A stretch of 64,000 nt of DNA, taken from an uncultured Pseudosulfitobacter sp. GTDB lineage: Bacteria > Pseudomonadota > Alphaproteobacteria > Rhodobacterales > Rhodobacteraceae. The DNA lies in the NCBI GenBank assembly GCA_965656435.1, contig CBFHKQ010000004.1:8500-72499 (forward strand), given 5' to 3'. Both the position numbers and the translations under genes were made by a program. Of this stretch, positions 13,130 to 23,278 are shown in pieces (the stretch's first letter is position 1; each line of letters starts with the position of its first letter). The notes beneath the pieces are model-generated. The model was not told where the DNA came from. It searched no databases and saw only the letters and a program-made list of their open reading frames with translations.

Positions 13130-14608
13130 TTAGGCGCGGCGGCCATCCGTGTGTTTGCGCAGCTTGGAAGGCGCCGCCTTCTTGCGGCCTTTATACGGGT
13201 TGGCGTCGTTTTGACCGCGCATAAACAGACGAATAGGCGCGCCCGGCATGTCAAAGTCGAGCCGTAAGCCATTGACAAGGTAGCGCGAATAGCTTTCCGG
13301 CACTTTATCAGGGTGCGAACACATCACGACAAATCCAGGCGGGCGTGTCTTGGCCTGGGTCATATAGCGTAGCTTGATCCGCTTGCCCTGCGGCGCGGGC
13401 GGCGGGTGTGCCTCGACCATGCCCGATAGCCACCGATTGAGGGAGGCGGTCGGCACGCGGCGGTTCCAGACCTCATAGGCGCGCATGATGGCGGCCTGCA
13501 AACGGTCCAGCCCGCGCCCCGTTTTCGCAGACACCGTAATCAGCGGCGCCCCGCGCAACTGCGGCAACAGTCGCTCAAAGCTCTCTTTCAGGTCCCGCAG
13601 CTTGCCCTGTTTATCGTCCTCGATGTCCCACTTGTTGACCGCCACCACGACTGCACGGCCTTCACGCTCCGCAAGATCCGCAATTCGCAAGTCTTGCTGC
13701 TCAAACGGGATCGCGGCATCCAACAGGACCACGACAACCTCCGCAAACTTGACTGCGCGCAGCCCATCGCCAACGCTGAGTTTTTCTAGCTTTTCCTGCA
13801 CCTTGGCCTTCTTGCGCATGCCAGCAGTGTCGAAAATTCGCATCGGCACGTCGACCCCGTCCGGCCCCGCCCACGTCATGCGCAGCGAGATGGCATCGCG
13901 GGTGATCCCGGCCTCTGGCCCGGTCAACAACCGCTCTTCGCCCAAAATCTTATTAATCAGCGTGGATTTACCCGCATTGGGGCGGCCCACGACGGCCACC
14001 TGCAAGGGCTTGATAGAGGTCGGCATCGGCACCGCTTCGATGTCGCCCGCATCCACGTCCTCATCGAGGTCCACGTCCACCTCGGGCGCATCATCACGCG
14101 CCTGTTCCGCGAATTGATCGGCCAGCGGCATCAGCTGGCTGTAGAGGTCATTAAGCCCCTCGCCGTGCTCAGCCGACAGGCGGATCGGCTCGCCCAGACC
14201 GAGGTTATAGGCCTCCAAGACGCCAGCGTCCGCAGCCGCCCCCTCGCCTTTGTTGGCCGCAAGGATCACATGCGCAGAGCGTTTGCGCAGAATTTCGGCA
14301 AAGACTTCGTCGGTTGGGGTCACGCCCACCCGCGCGTCGATCATGAAAAGGCAAATGTCTGCCATATCCACGGCCCGCTCCGTCAGCTTGCGCATCCGGC
14401 CTTGCAGGCTCTCGTCTGTGGCTTCTTCAAGCCCCGCAGTGTCGACCACGGTAAAGCGCAGGTCCGCCAGCCGCGCCGCCCCTTCGCGCAGGTCGCGCGT
14501 CACCCCGGGCTGGTCATCGACCAACGCCAGTTTTTTGCCCACAAGGCGATTGAACAACGTGGATTTGCCCACATTTGGGCGGCCCACGATGGCTAGGGTG
14601 AAGGACAT
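13130..14608 (-). CDS. der: Ribosome biogenesis GTPase Der (EngA)
   Basis: Two G domains ([16 protein letters not shown]; DTAG; NKxD-like) and a KH-like C-terminus. Confidence 0.98.
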   Translation of the reverse strand: MSFTLAIVGRPNVGKSTLFNRLVGKKLALVDDQPGVTRDLREGAARLADLRFTVVDTAGLEEATDESLQGRMRKLTERAVDMADICLFMIDARVGVTPTDEVFAEILRKRSAHVILAANKGEGAAADAGVLEAYNLGLGEPIRLSAEHGEGLNDLYSQLMPLADQFAEQARDDAPEVDVDLDEDVDAGDIEAVPMPTSIKPLQVAVVGRPNAGKSTLINKILGEERLLTGPEAGITRDAISLRMTWAGPDGVDVPMRIFDTAGMRKKAKVQEKLEKLSVGDGLRAVKFAEVVVVLLDAAIPFEQQDLRIADLAEREGRAVVVAVNKWDIEDDKQGKLRDLKESFERLLPQLRGAPLITVSAKTGRGLDRLQAAIMRAYEVWNRRVPTASLNRWLSGMVEAHPPPAPQGKRIKLRYMTQAKTRPPGFVVMCSHPDKVPESYSRYLVNGLRLDFDMPGAPIRLFMRGQNDANPYKGRKKAAPSKLRKHTDGRRA

Positions 14609-14656
14609 GCTGTGCTCCGGTAAAGGTCAAGGCGCAGGCCTTAGCCTAATTCATCG

Positions 14657-16036
14657 CTAACGAAAAGCGTGCAATTGCCCGTTTTTGCCCACCACATAAA
14701 GAACACCCTCCGCCACGATGGGCGCGGTGCTCGCCCCCGAGGGGATCTGAGCGCTGTCGGTAAGTGTGCCATCGGTGGGATCAAAGCTGCGCAAGAGGCC
14801 ATCGCCAGAGGCCACACGGACCAGCCCGCCAGCCACAATCGGGCCGTGGTGGGCAAAGATGCGCGCCCGCGCGTTGGGGCGGCGTTTGACGAAATTCGGC
14901 AGGGGCTGGCCCCAGATGCGCACGCCGGTGTCGGCCCCCAAGCGCAGCAGCTCGTTTCGGTCGCTCAGCGCAAAAACGCTTCCACCAATGGGATACATCG
15001 TGTCCACGGTGCCTTCCGCGACCGTCCATTTGCGCAGGCCAGAGGCCAGATCAATGGCGACCATGCGCCCCGATTGGTTGCCGGCATAGACCGTGTCGCC
15101 CGCGATCACAGGCGCGCCTGTGACGTCATTCACCCCCGCCAGCGCGCGCCCCGCGCGGCGTCCCACAACGGAGGCATCCCAACGGCGCAGACCGCCGCGT
15201 CGAAAAACGGCGCGTAGATCACCAGATCCGTAGGCAAAGATCGCCAAATCATCCGCAACCACTGGCGCCGGCGCGCCCAGGATATTCGCGACGCTCGTCG
15301 TGCCCGCCACCTGCCAACGCACACGGCCTGTCGCAGCATCCACTGCCCAGCCCGTGTTATCGCCGGCCATCACATAAACGACGCCCCCGAAAACGGTGGG
15401 GCTGCTTGCTGCCGTTGCAGACAGCGCTTGGGTCCAGCGCGACGCGCCCGTGGCCACATCCAATGCGGTCAATACACCTGCCCCGCTGGTCACGAAAAGC
15501 GTGTCGCCCTGCACGGCCAAACCACCGCCCGTTACCTCGCCTTCAGCGGCCCGTGCGGGACGAATGTCGCGTTGCCAGAGCGTGTCACCAGATGTTGAGG
15601 TCGCGGTGACCTGAGTGTCCGCGTCCAAAGTAAAGATCCGACCGTCGAGTACCACAGGGGCAGCCGTGATCCGCTGTTTGCGGCTGTCGCCCTTGCCGAT
15701 CGGCGCGCTCCAGATCAGGCGCGGCGCAGGCGCGAGGGCAGGATGCAGGCTGCGGTGTGCGGGCGTGCCGATCCCGTGGGTCCAATCCGCGTTGCTGCGG
15801 GCCTGTGGCAAGGCAATCGGCAGCGATCGGTTTTCGGGGGGAAGCGTTTGCAGATCCGCGGGCGCTGCGTCTTGCAACACGGCGCGGACAGGCTCACGGT
15901 CACCGGGCAGGATCGCCTCGGCTTCGCTGCATGCGTTCAATAGGCTCATTGCACCAAGCAGTGCGGCCACAGCGAACCACGGGCGCTGACGGGACGCGAA
16001 GGCCGCGGCATGAGGTGCTGTGATCTGCGTTGTCAT
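14657..16036 (-). CDS. PQQ-like beta-propeller lipoprotein (BamB-like)
   Basis: Lipobox LNAC; repeated A-D--TG---W blades; yfgM-bamB-der gene order. Confidence 0.85.
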   Translation of the reverse strand: MTTQITAPHAAAFASRQRPWFAVAALLGAMSLLNACSEAEAILPGDREPVRAVLQDAAPADLQTLPPENRSLPIALPQARSNADWTHGIGTPAHRSLHPALAPAPRLIWSAPIGKGDSRKQRITAAPVVLDGRIFTLDADTQVTATSTSGDTLWQRDIRPARAAEGEVTGGGLAVQGDTLFVTSGAGVLTALDVATGASRWTQALSATAASSPTVFGGVVYVMAGDNTGWAVDAATGRVRWQVAGTTSVANILGAPAPVVADDLAIFAYGSGDLRAVFRRGGLRRWDASVVGRRAGRALAGVNDVTGAPVIAGDTVYAGNQSGRMVAIDLASGLRKWTVAEGTVDTMYPIGGSVFALSDRNELLRLGADTGVRIWGQPLPNFVKRRPNARARIFAHHGPIVAGGLVRVASGDGLLRSFDPTDGTLTDSAQIPSGASTAPIVAEGVLYVVGKNGQLHAFR

Positions 16037-16121
16037 CCTGTCGCTACCTTTAGTCTTGGCCTTGGTGTCGGCCTTACATCAGCCTGTGTTCTTGGCCTGC
16101 GCAGTCATCCTCAAGCGCGGT

Positions 16122-16814
16122 CTAGTTACCGCTTACCGGCGCGGTCGCCGCGCCAAAGCTGCCAAAGTCCGGCGTGCCACCCAAGGCGACAATCACCTGT
16201 ACCACCCGTTGTTGCAAGTCCGCTGTGACCTCGCTGTCGGCGAGGATTGCGTTCAACCTGTCAATGGCGGCATCCCCCTTGCCCGCCTCAATGTCCAACA
16301 GCGCAAGCTGTTCCTCGGCCAAAAGGCGCAGGGCCACGCCGGGTTGCGCCAGCGCCTCATAACCTTCGCGGCGTACATCAAGGGACGCCGTGTCGGCTTG
16401 CAAGCCCAACGCTTTGAACGCGGCAATCTGGCGGTAGATCAGGGGCAGTGCTTCGTCTTGTGCCACAGCATCCAAAGCCGCGCGTGCGCTCTGCACATCC
16501 TCGGCTTGCACAGCCTGCTCCGCCGTCAAAAAGCCCAAAACCGCCTGCGCGCCGGGGGTGGCAGCGTCAATCTCGCTCAACGCTGTCGTCCGCGCCTCTG
16601 CTTCCGGCAAAGCAAGTGCTGCCAGCATTGCATCGCCCAAGGTCTCGGCCGCCGCGCGCGCCTGTGCCTTGCGCCACTCGGCATAGCCCGCTCCGCCCAC
16701 GATCAAAGCAATGACCAACAGCGCGATCCAGCCATAGCGGCGCAGCACGGCATAGAACTGATCGCGGCGCACTTCTTCGGTGACCTCTTCGATGAAACTG
16801 TCGGTGTCGCTCAT
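16122..16814 (-). CDS. TPR-like membrane-anchored protein (YfgM-like)
   Basis: MSDTDSFIEEVTEEVRRD, single TM, helical Ala/Leu-rich body; upstream of the bamB-like gene. Confidence 0.8.
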   Translation of the reverse strand: MSDTDSFIEEVTEEVRRDQFYAVLRRYGWIALLVIALIVGGAGYAEWRKAQARAAAETLGDAMLAALALPEAEARTTALSEIDAATPGAQAVLGFLTAEQAVQAEDVQSARAALDAVAQDEALPLIYRQIAAFKALGLQADTASLDVRREGYEALAQPGVALRLLAEEQLALLDIEAGKGDAAIDRLNAILADSEVTADLQQRVVQVIVALGGTPDFGSFGAATAPVSGN

Positions 16815-17100
16815 GACTTCTCCCAAAGGTGCTAGGCCCGCATCGTTGCGCCCGAACAGGTCGGCCGTGCGGTATTTGCCCCTGTCTTACCCCGCCGCTG
16901 CGGTCAAGCCAAGGGTCGAGTATGGCGGGCATAGCCGCGCCGATTTGACCAAATTTCACCCCACACAGCGCCAAGATTGGCACCAGACGCGGTGCGCATT
17001 CGCTTATAATTCCAACGGCTTTGCCTCATTTTGCGACATTAAACCCACAGCGGCCCACCTCGGGCAGGGTGATTTGCACTCATTACGAGAAAATACTAAT

Positions 17101-17118
17101 CTGAACTGGTTAGTTCAG
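17101..17118. promoter_or_regulatory. Palindromic operator upstream of the RND operon (TetR-like)
   Basis: Perfect inverted repeat CTGAACT-GGTT-AGTTCAG in an AT-rich patch about 120 nt before the MFP start. Confidence 0.6.
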
Positions 17119-17239
17119 CGTAATTGACTATGTAGGCGGCAAACGGGCAGCACTGCCCTCCAATAGCACCGCTTTGCATGCCCGACATGCACCCTATTTT
17201 CACGGCGCGCCCTGCGCGACACACAAGACCGAGGCCTTC

Positions 17240-18556
17240 ATGCGTATCTTTCCCATCTTTGCTGCAATTTTCGTTGCTGTGGCGCTCTATTTTGTGATCA
17301 TCGACCGCGAGCGGCTGATGGGGTTCTTTGCGGGAGATGATGTCGTGGAGGCAGAGGTCGAAACCGATGCGGGCCAAGCTGAGAACGCTGAGGACAGCGC
17401 CACAATAGCCAATGACATGAGTGCACAGGAAACCGAAGACCTGATCAAGGTCGTAGCCGTCCGCTCTGTCGCGCGGCGAATCGACAGCGCAGTCGTTCTG
17501 CGCGGCCAAACAGAGGCCAAGCGTCAGGTCGAGGTTCGTGCCGAAACAGCATCCACCGTGATCTCTGAGCCGTTGCAAAAAGGCAGCTTTGTGGAAGCGG
17601 GCCAGCTGCTTTGCGAACTTGATCCTGGCACACGCGGTGCAAGCCTCGCGGAAGCGCGCGCAAGGCTTAACGAATGGCGGGCCCGCGCCACCGAGGCGGA
17701 GGCCCGGGTGCCCGAAGCAGAAGCCCGGGTGACCGAGGCGCAAGCGCGTCTCGACGAAGCACTGGTCAACCAAAATGCTGCAATCAAGCTGAGCGAAGGC
17801 GGGTTTGCGTCGGAAACACGGGTTAAGAATGCCGATGCTGCCGTCGCCGCCGCTAAGGCGCAGTTGACCGCAGCGCAATCGGGTGTTTCTGCCGCCAAGG
17901 CTGGCATACAGTCCGTGGGCGCCAACATCGAAGGCGTTCAGGCCAATATTGCTGCTGCCGAAAAAGAGATCTCACGCCTATCGATCAAAGCGCCTTTTGC
18001 GGGCCTCTTGGAAAGTGACACGGCCGAATTGGGCTCGCTACTGCAACCCGGCTCGCTCTGCGCTACCGTCATCCAGCTTGATCCCATTAAACTGGTGGCC
18101 TTTGTTCCCGAGACCGACGTGCACCGTGTCAAAGTGGGCGCGCGCGCCAGCGGCCGTCTGGCTGCGGCAGACCTTGAGGTCACAGGCCGCGTGACATTCT
18201 TGTCGCGGGCCGCGGACATGACGACCCGCACGTTCCGCGTGGAGATCGAGATCCCCAATCCGGACCTGTCGATCAGCGACGGCCAAACCGCCGAAATTAT
18301 GATTGAGGCCGAGGGCGCCAATGCGCACCTTCTGCCGCAATCGGCGCTCACGCTCAATTCTGCCGGTACACTGGGCCTGCGCACTCTGACGCCCGATGCG
18401 GTGGTCGAATTCATCCCTGCAAAACTGTTGCGCGACACAGCGCAAGGCGTCTGGCTCACGGGCCTGCCTGAAACGGCAGATGTGATCGTGTTGGGCCAAG
18501 AATACGTGACAGCGGGCGTGAAAGTCGCCCCAACCTTCCGAGAGGTAACACAATGA
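17240..18556 (+). CDS. RND efflux periplasmic adaptor (membrane fusion protein)
   Basis: N-terminal TM, lipoyl halves (KGSFVEAGQLL, IKAPFAG), long alpha-hairpin, TRTFRVEI; ATGA overlap with the permease. Confidence 0.92.
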   Translation: MRIFPIFAAIFVAVALYFVIIDRERLMGFFAGDDVVEAEVETDAGQAENAEDSATIANDMSAQETEDLIKVVAVRSVARRIDSAVVLRGQTEAKRQVEVRAETASTVISEPLQKGSFVEAGQLLCELDPGTRGASLAEARARLNEWRARATEAEARVPEAEARVTEAQARLDEALVNQNAAIKLSEGGFASETRVKNADAAVAAAKAQLTAAQSGVSAAKAGIQSVGANIEGVQANIAAAEKEISRLSIKAPFAGLLESDTAELGSLLQPGSLCATVIQLDPIKLVAFVPETDVHRVKVGARASGRLAAADLEVTGRVTFLSRAADMTTRTFRVEIEIPNPDLSISDGQTAEIMIEAEGANAHLLPQSALTLNSAGTLGLRTLTPDAVVEFIPAKLLRDTAQGVWLTGLPETADVIVLGQEYVTAGVKVAPTFREVTQ

Positions 18557-21500
18557 CCGGAGTAGTAGACTGGGCCGCCTCGCGCGCCCGAATGGTTCTT
18601 GCCTTTGTGGTGCTATCGCTGACCGTCGGTGCCTTTGCCTATATGAGCCTGCCCAAAGAGGGTGAGCCCGACATTGAAATCCCGATGCTGATCGTGTCGG
18701 TCCCCTTCCCCGGTATTTCTGCGGCCGACAGCGAGACTTTGCTGATCAAACCGATGGAGACCGAGCTTGCCGATCTGGACGGGCTGAAAAAAATGACGGC
18801 CACAGCGGCCGAAAACTATGCCAACGTCGTGTTGGAATTCGAATTTGGCTGGGACAAAAGCCAGGTTATGGCGGACGCGCGCGACGCTTTGGGCAACGCG
18901 CAGGCCGAATTCCCCGAAGGTGCGGAGCAATACACGCTCGCCGAATTTAACTTTTCCGAATTTCCGATCATTATCGTGAGCCTGTCGGGCCCCGTGCCCG
19001 AGCGGACCATGGCGCGCGTCGCCAAGGATTTGCAGGACGACCTGGAGAGCCTAGACGCCGTGCTTGAGGCTTCTATTTCCGGCAATCGCGATGAAATGCT
19101 GGAGGTCGTGATCGACCCCTTACGCCTTGAAGCCTACAATGTGACCGCGGGCGAGCTGGTCAATGTCGTGCAAAACAATAACCAGTTGATCGCAGCCGGT
19201 GAAGTCACGTCCGAGAACGGCAGCTTTGCGGTCAAAATCCCCTCCTCCTTCGATGAGGCGCGCGATGTCTATGCATTGCCGGTAAAAACCAATGGCGACC
19301 GCGTGGTCACGCTGGGCGATTTGGCCGAGATCAACCTGACATTCGAGGACCGAGACAGCACGGCGCGATTTAATGGTAACGACACGATCGCTTTGCAGGT
19401 GGTCAAGCGCAAAGGTTTTAACCTCATCGACACCGCGACGCTGGTGAAAGAGGTCGTGGCCGAGAAATCCGGCGCCTGGCCCGAGGGCCTGCGCGCCGCC
19501 GTCGAAGTGGGCGCGTCCAACGACCAAAGCCGCGTCGTCGACAGCATGGTACAGCAGCTGCAAGGTTCGGTCTTTACCGCAATTGCGCTGGTGATGATCG
19601 TTGTTCTGGCAGCCTTGGGTCTGCGTGCGGCACTGCTGGTCGGCTTTGCGATCCCCACCTCGTTCCTTTTGTGTTTTGTTCTGCTCGCGATCATGGGCAT
19701 TTCGATTTCCAACATCGTGATGTTTGGTCTGATCCTCGCCGTGGGCATGTTGGTGGACGGTGCCATCGTGGTCGTTGAATATGCCGACAAACGCCAAGCC
19801 GAAGGCGTGGGCCCGATGGAGGCCTATACGGACGCGGCCAAGCGGATGTTCTGGCCCGTGATCTCCTCTACCGCTACGACCCTTTGTGCGTTCCTGCCGA
19901 TGCTCTTTTGGCCCGGCGTTCCGGGTGAGTTTATGGGCATGTTGCCCGTCACCTTGATCTTTGTTCTCAGCGCCTCGCTGGTTGTCGCATTGGTTTATTT
20001 GCCCGTGATGGGCGGCGTCACCGGCCGGTTAGAGCGGTGGGTTTCACAAAGCGTTGCGCGCATCGCAGCCCTGCCCCTGCTGGCGCATATCGGCCTGATC
20101 GTAGGCTTTGCAGCTATGGCCGGCCTTACCATGTCACTGTCGTTCATGCCGCCACAATCGACCCCCGGCGCACCTGCCGGATCACCGCCCTTAATGGCGC
20201 TGATGACAGGCGTCTTTGCGGGGCTTGATCAGACGAATGTCTTTGGCTCTGTCATCCCGACCTTTGTCAAAGCCTTCGGTGTTGTGGTGTTGATGGCCGC
20301 CGCCATTGGCCTGATCTTGGCTGGCGCGGGCGGGCTTTTCTTTGCCCTTTTGGCTGTGCTGTCACGCCTGGGCAAAGGGGGGCAATGGCTGTCAGGCAAG
20401 ATCATCGGTAACCGTCGCAGCCGTGTGCGCGCAGGCTATCAACGCTCGCCCTTTGGACGCCTGATGGAGGCGATTGTAGGCAATGCGGTGATGCCTTTGG
20501 TTATGGCGGGGACCGTTTTTGTCTTTGTCGGCACCACGCTCATCTACTTTATCAACAACAACAACGGCGTTGAATTTTTTGTCGAATCGGAGCCGGAGCA
20601 AGCCATCGTCTATGTGCTGGCCCGCGGCAACCTGAGCCTTGAGGAAAAGGACGGGTTGGTGGGCCAGGTTGAGGATATCATTCTTGAGCATCCGGGCATC
20701 GACACAGCCTTTGCCTTTGCCGGCAATGGCGGCCTGAATGCCAACACCGGCGGTGCAGGATCGCCCAAAGACACCATTGGTCAGGTCCAGATTGAGACGA
20801 TCCCGTGGGAGGATCGGCCCAATACCCGCACCCCGTGGTTCACCGTTCCGGTCCTGAACTACACCATCAATCAAGAGGTCAAAGACCCCGCCTTTGACGG
20901 CGATGTCATCATCGAAGAACTGATGGCCGAGCTGAACCAAATCCCCGGAATTAAGGTCGAAATTCTCAACCTCAGCCGCGGCCCCGCTTCGGGCAAGCCC
21001 GTGCACCTGCGCCTGAAGGGCGATAATTGGAACAACCTACTGGAGGCGACAACAACGGCGCGCGCGGTTTATGACCAAACGCCCGGCCTTGCGCTTATCG
21101 AGGACACCCGCCCCCTGCCCGGCATCGACTGGCAGATTGACGTGGACGTGGAAAAAGCCGGCCGCTACGGCGCCAATGTCGCCACAGTCGGTGCAATGGT
21201 GCAACTGGTCACGCGCGGCATCTTGCTCGACACCATGCGGGTGGACACCTCTGACGAGGAGATCGAAATCCGCGTGCGCTTGCCAGAGGCAGACCGGGTG
21301 CTGAGCACGCTGGACACGCTCAAGGTGCGCACCTCGGATGGGTTGGTACCGCTGTCAAACTTTGTGGCCCGCACGCCAGTGCCGGAACTCGCGCAGATCA
21401 GCCGGATCGACCAAACCCGCTATTTCGACGTCAAAGCCGACGTGCTCTCGGGCCTGCAAAAGATCGTAACCAGCGATGACACCGCCCCCATCGTGGCCAC

Positions 21501-22485
21501 GCTACGCCCCGATGCAAACGGCCCGATTGCCAATGACGCGGGCGAGCGCTTTGCCTTCTTGGGGACCAGCGCACAGAACGTCCGCGCGATCAACGACGGT
21601 CTGGAGGACGGATCGCTGCGCATGTTGCCCGTCAATCCGAACGAACGGATCGCGGAGATCACCAAATGGCTGGAAACCGAGCCCTTCGGCAATGGTATTG
21701 AGTGGGAGTGGACCGGCGACCAAGAGGATCAGGCCGAGAGCGGCGCATTCCTGCAATCGGCCTTCTCGGCGGCGCTGGGGCTGATGTTCATCATCCTGCT
21801 GGCCCAGTTCAATAGCGTCTATAACGCACTCTTGGTGCTGGGCGCGGTCGTCTTGTCGACCGCAGGCGTGTTGATCGGCATGTTGGTGATGGACCAAGCG
21901 TTCTCGATCATCATGACCGGCACCGGCATCGTCGCTTTGGCGGGGATCGTTGTGAACAACAACATCGTCTTGATCGACACCTATCAGGAGTATGAAAAAT
22001 ACATGCCCCGGATTGAGGCGATCATCCGTACCGCACAGGACCGGATCCGTCCGGTTCTGTTGACCACCATCACCACGATGGCAGGTCTTGCGCCGATGAT
22101 GTTTGGCCTGTCCCTCGACTTTGGCAATGGCGGCTACACGGTAGATAGCCCCACGGCCCTCTGGTGGAAGCAGTTGGCGACAGCTGTGGTGTTTGGCCTC
22201 GGGATTGCCACGGTGTTGACGCTGATGGTGACGCCCTCGATGCTGGCGATCCGCGTGTGGCTGAGCACTTATGTGCTGTGGCTGTCTGATCTGCTGGGCA
22301 AGCTGAGCCTTGGCCGCGCCAGCGCAGCATCACGCGACTGGGCCTTGCGCCGTGCGGCGCAGCGCCAAGATGCCCAAGAGATCATCTGGTCTGACATGGG
22401 ATTTGACGCGGCCGAACCGGCCCCTGCCCCAACGGTGGAAGGGCCACCCGCCGCTCCTGACGCCCCGCTACGCGCCGCTGAATAA
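18553..22485 (+). CDS. RND efflux permease (AcrB/AcrD/AcrF family) with insertions
   Basis: 1310 aa; GMLVDGAIVVVE, AGIVVNNNIVLID, RIRPVLLTT. Confidence 0.93.
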   Translation: MTGVVDWAASRARMVLAFVVLSLTVGAFAYMSLPKEGEPDIEIPMLIVSVPFPGISAADSETLLIKPMETELADLDGLKKMTATAAENYANVVLEFEFGWDKSQVMADARDALGNAQAEFPEGAEQYTLAEFNFSEFPIIIVSLSGPVPERTMARVAKDLQDDLESLDAVLEASISGNRDEMLEVVIDPLRLEAYNVTAGELVNVVQNNNQLIAAGEVTSENGSFAVKIPSSFDEARDVYALPVKTNGDRVVTLGDLAEINLTFEDRDSTARFNGNDTIALQVVKRKGFNLIDTATLVKEVVAEKSGAWPEGLRAAVEVGASNDQSRVVDSMVQQLQGSVFTAIALVMIVVLAALGLRAALLVGFAIPTSFLLCFVLLAIMGISISNIVMFGLILAVGMLVDGAIVVVEYADKRQAEGVGPMEAYTDAAKRMFWPVISSTATTLCAFLPMLFWPGVPGEFMGMLPVTLIFVLSASLVVALVYLPVMGGVTGRLERWVSQSVARIAALPLLAHIGLIVGFAAMAGLTMSLSFMPPQSTPGAPAGSPPLMALMTGVFAGLDQTNVFGSVIPTFVKAFGVVVLMAAAIGLILAGAGGLFFALLAVLSRLGKGGQWLSGKIIGNRRSRVRAGYQRSPFGRLMEAIVGNAVMPLVMAGTVFVFVGTTLIYFINNNNGVEFFVESEPEQAIVYVLARGNLSLEEKDGLVGQVEDIILEHPGIDTAFAFAGNGGLNANTGGAGSPKDTIGQVQIETIPWEDRPNTRTPWFTVPVLNYTINQEVKDPAFDGDVIIEELMAELNQIPGIKVEILNLSRGPASGKPVHLRLKGDNWNNLLEATTTARAVYDQTPGLALIEDTRPLPGIDWQIDVDVEKAGRYGANVATVGAMVQLVTRGILLDTMRVDTSDEEIEIRVRLPEADRVLSTLDTLKVRTSDGLVPLSNFVARTPVPELAQISRIDQTRYFDVKADVLSGLQKIVTSDDTAPIVATLRPDANGPIANDAGERFAFLGTSAQNVRAINDGLEDGSLRMLPVNPNERIAEITKWLETEPFGNGIEWEWTGDQEDQAESGAFLQSAFSAALGLMFIILLAQFNSVYNALLVLGAVVLSTAGVLIGMLVMDQAFSIIMTGTGIVALAGIVVNNNIVLIDTYQEYEKYMPRIEAIIRTAQDRIRPVLLTTITTMAGLAPMMFGLSLDFGNGGYTVDSPTALWWKQLATAVVFGLGIATVLTLMVTPSMLAIRVWLSTYVLWLSDLLGKLSLGRASAASRDWALRRAAQRQDAQEIIWSDMGFDAAEPAPAPTVEGPPAAPDAPLRAAE

Positions 22486-22535
22486 GGCGCCTGCGGGCGG
22501 ATATATCTCAAATAAAACGGGGCCGCATGGTCCGG

Positions 22536-22572
22536 CCCTTTGCAGTGAATGGCGCAACTACACTGCAAAGGG
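22536..22572. repeat. 12-bp perfect inverted repeat at the left edge of the GNAT islet
   Basis: CCCTTTGCAGTG-N13-CACTGCAAAGGG. Confidence 0.85.
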
Positions 22573-22586
22573 ACACCGCCGTGGTG

Positions 22587-22620
22587 AAGCTCCCGAAAAG
22601 TCTTTCGGGAGCTTATTTTT
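22587..22620 (+). terminator. Rho-independent terminator-like hairpin downstream of the RND operon
   Basis: AAGCTCCCGAAA-AGTC-TTTCGGGAGCTT followed by ATTTTT. Confidence 0.75.
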
Positions 22621-22765
22621 ATCCGGTGTGCGGACAAAGTGAGCTTTTGCTGCGGCTGCGCCAAGGTCGGTTTCTAGCGCGACAAGCAAAAAACCGTATC
22701 GTCACAGATGTCATTCTTATGTCGTGTGACTCCAGCATCATGGCAAAAAGCGAAGGGAATTTGAT

Positions 22766-23278
22766 TTGCGCACCGCTCTCTTAGAATCCAAACGGTTGCT
22801 GTTCCGGAGGCCTATTAGTTCCGACTTACCGATGTACACGAAGTATTGCCTTAGCGAACGAACGCGATACGTCGGTGGCCCATTCAGTGAGGTGCAGGCA
22901 TTTGGAAAGTTAGCTTCGATGATTGGGCACTGGGAGCTGCGCGGATTCGGGCGTTTTGTGTTTCTGGAGCGTGAGACTGAACGGCCGTTGGGACATTTCG
23001 GTGCGTTACAACTCAGCACATCTGAGCCTCCTGAAATCACTTGGACAATTTGGAATGAGGAAGATGAGGGCAAAGGATTTGCCACGGAGGCCGGTGTTGC
23101 TTACAAGAGCTACGCAACGCAGGAGCTTGGGCTCTCGAGCATAATTGCGCTTGTGCATTGCGACAATTCTGCGTCGCGAAGTCTAGCTGAACGCTTAGGT
23201 GGTGAATTGGACACCAAAGCAGTTCCGCCATCTTGGTCGGCTGACTCTGTGTTGTACCGGTTTCAACTGATGGCCTGA
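22766..23278 (+). CDS. GNAT N-acetyltransferase (RimJ/RimL-like), low GC
   Basis: ESKRLLFR, GHWELRGFG, EGKGFATEA (acetyl-CoA loop), DNSASRSLAERLG; TTG start after GAAGGGA. Confidence 0.85.
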   Translation: MRTALLESKRLLFRRPISSDLPMYTKYCLSERTRYVGGPFSEVQAFGKLASMIGHWELRGFGRFVFLERETERPLGHFGALQLSTSEPPEITWTIWNEEDEGKGFATEAGVAYKSYATQELGLSSIIALVHCDNSASRSLAERLGGELDTKAVPPSWSADSVLYRFQLMA

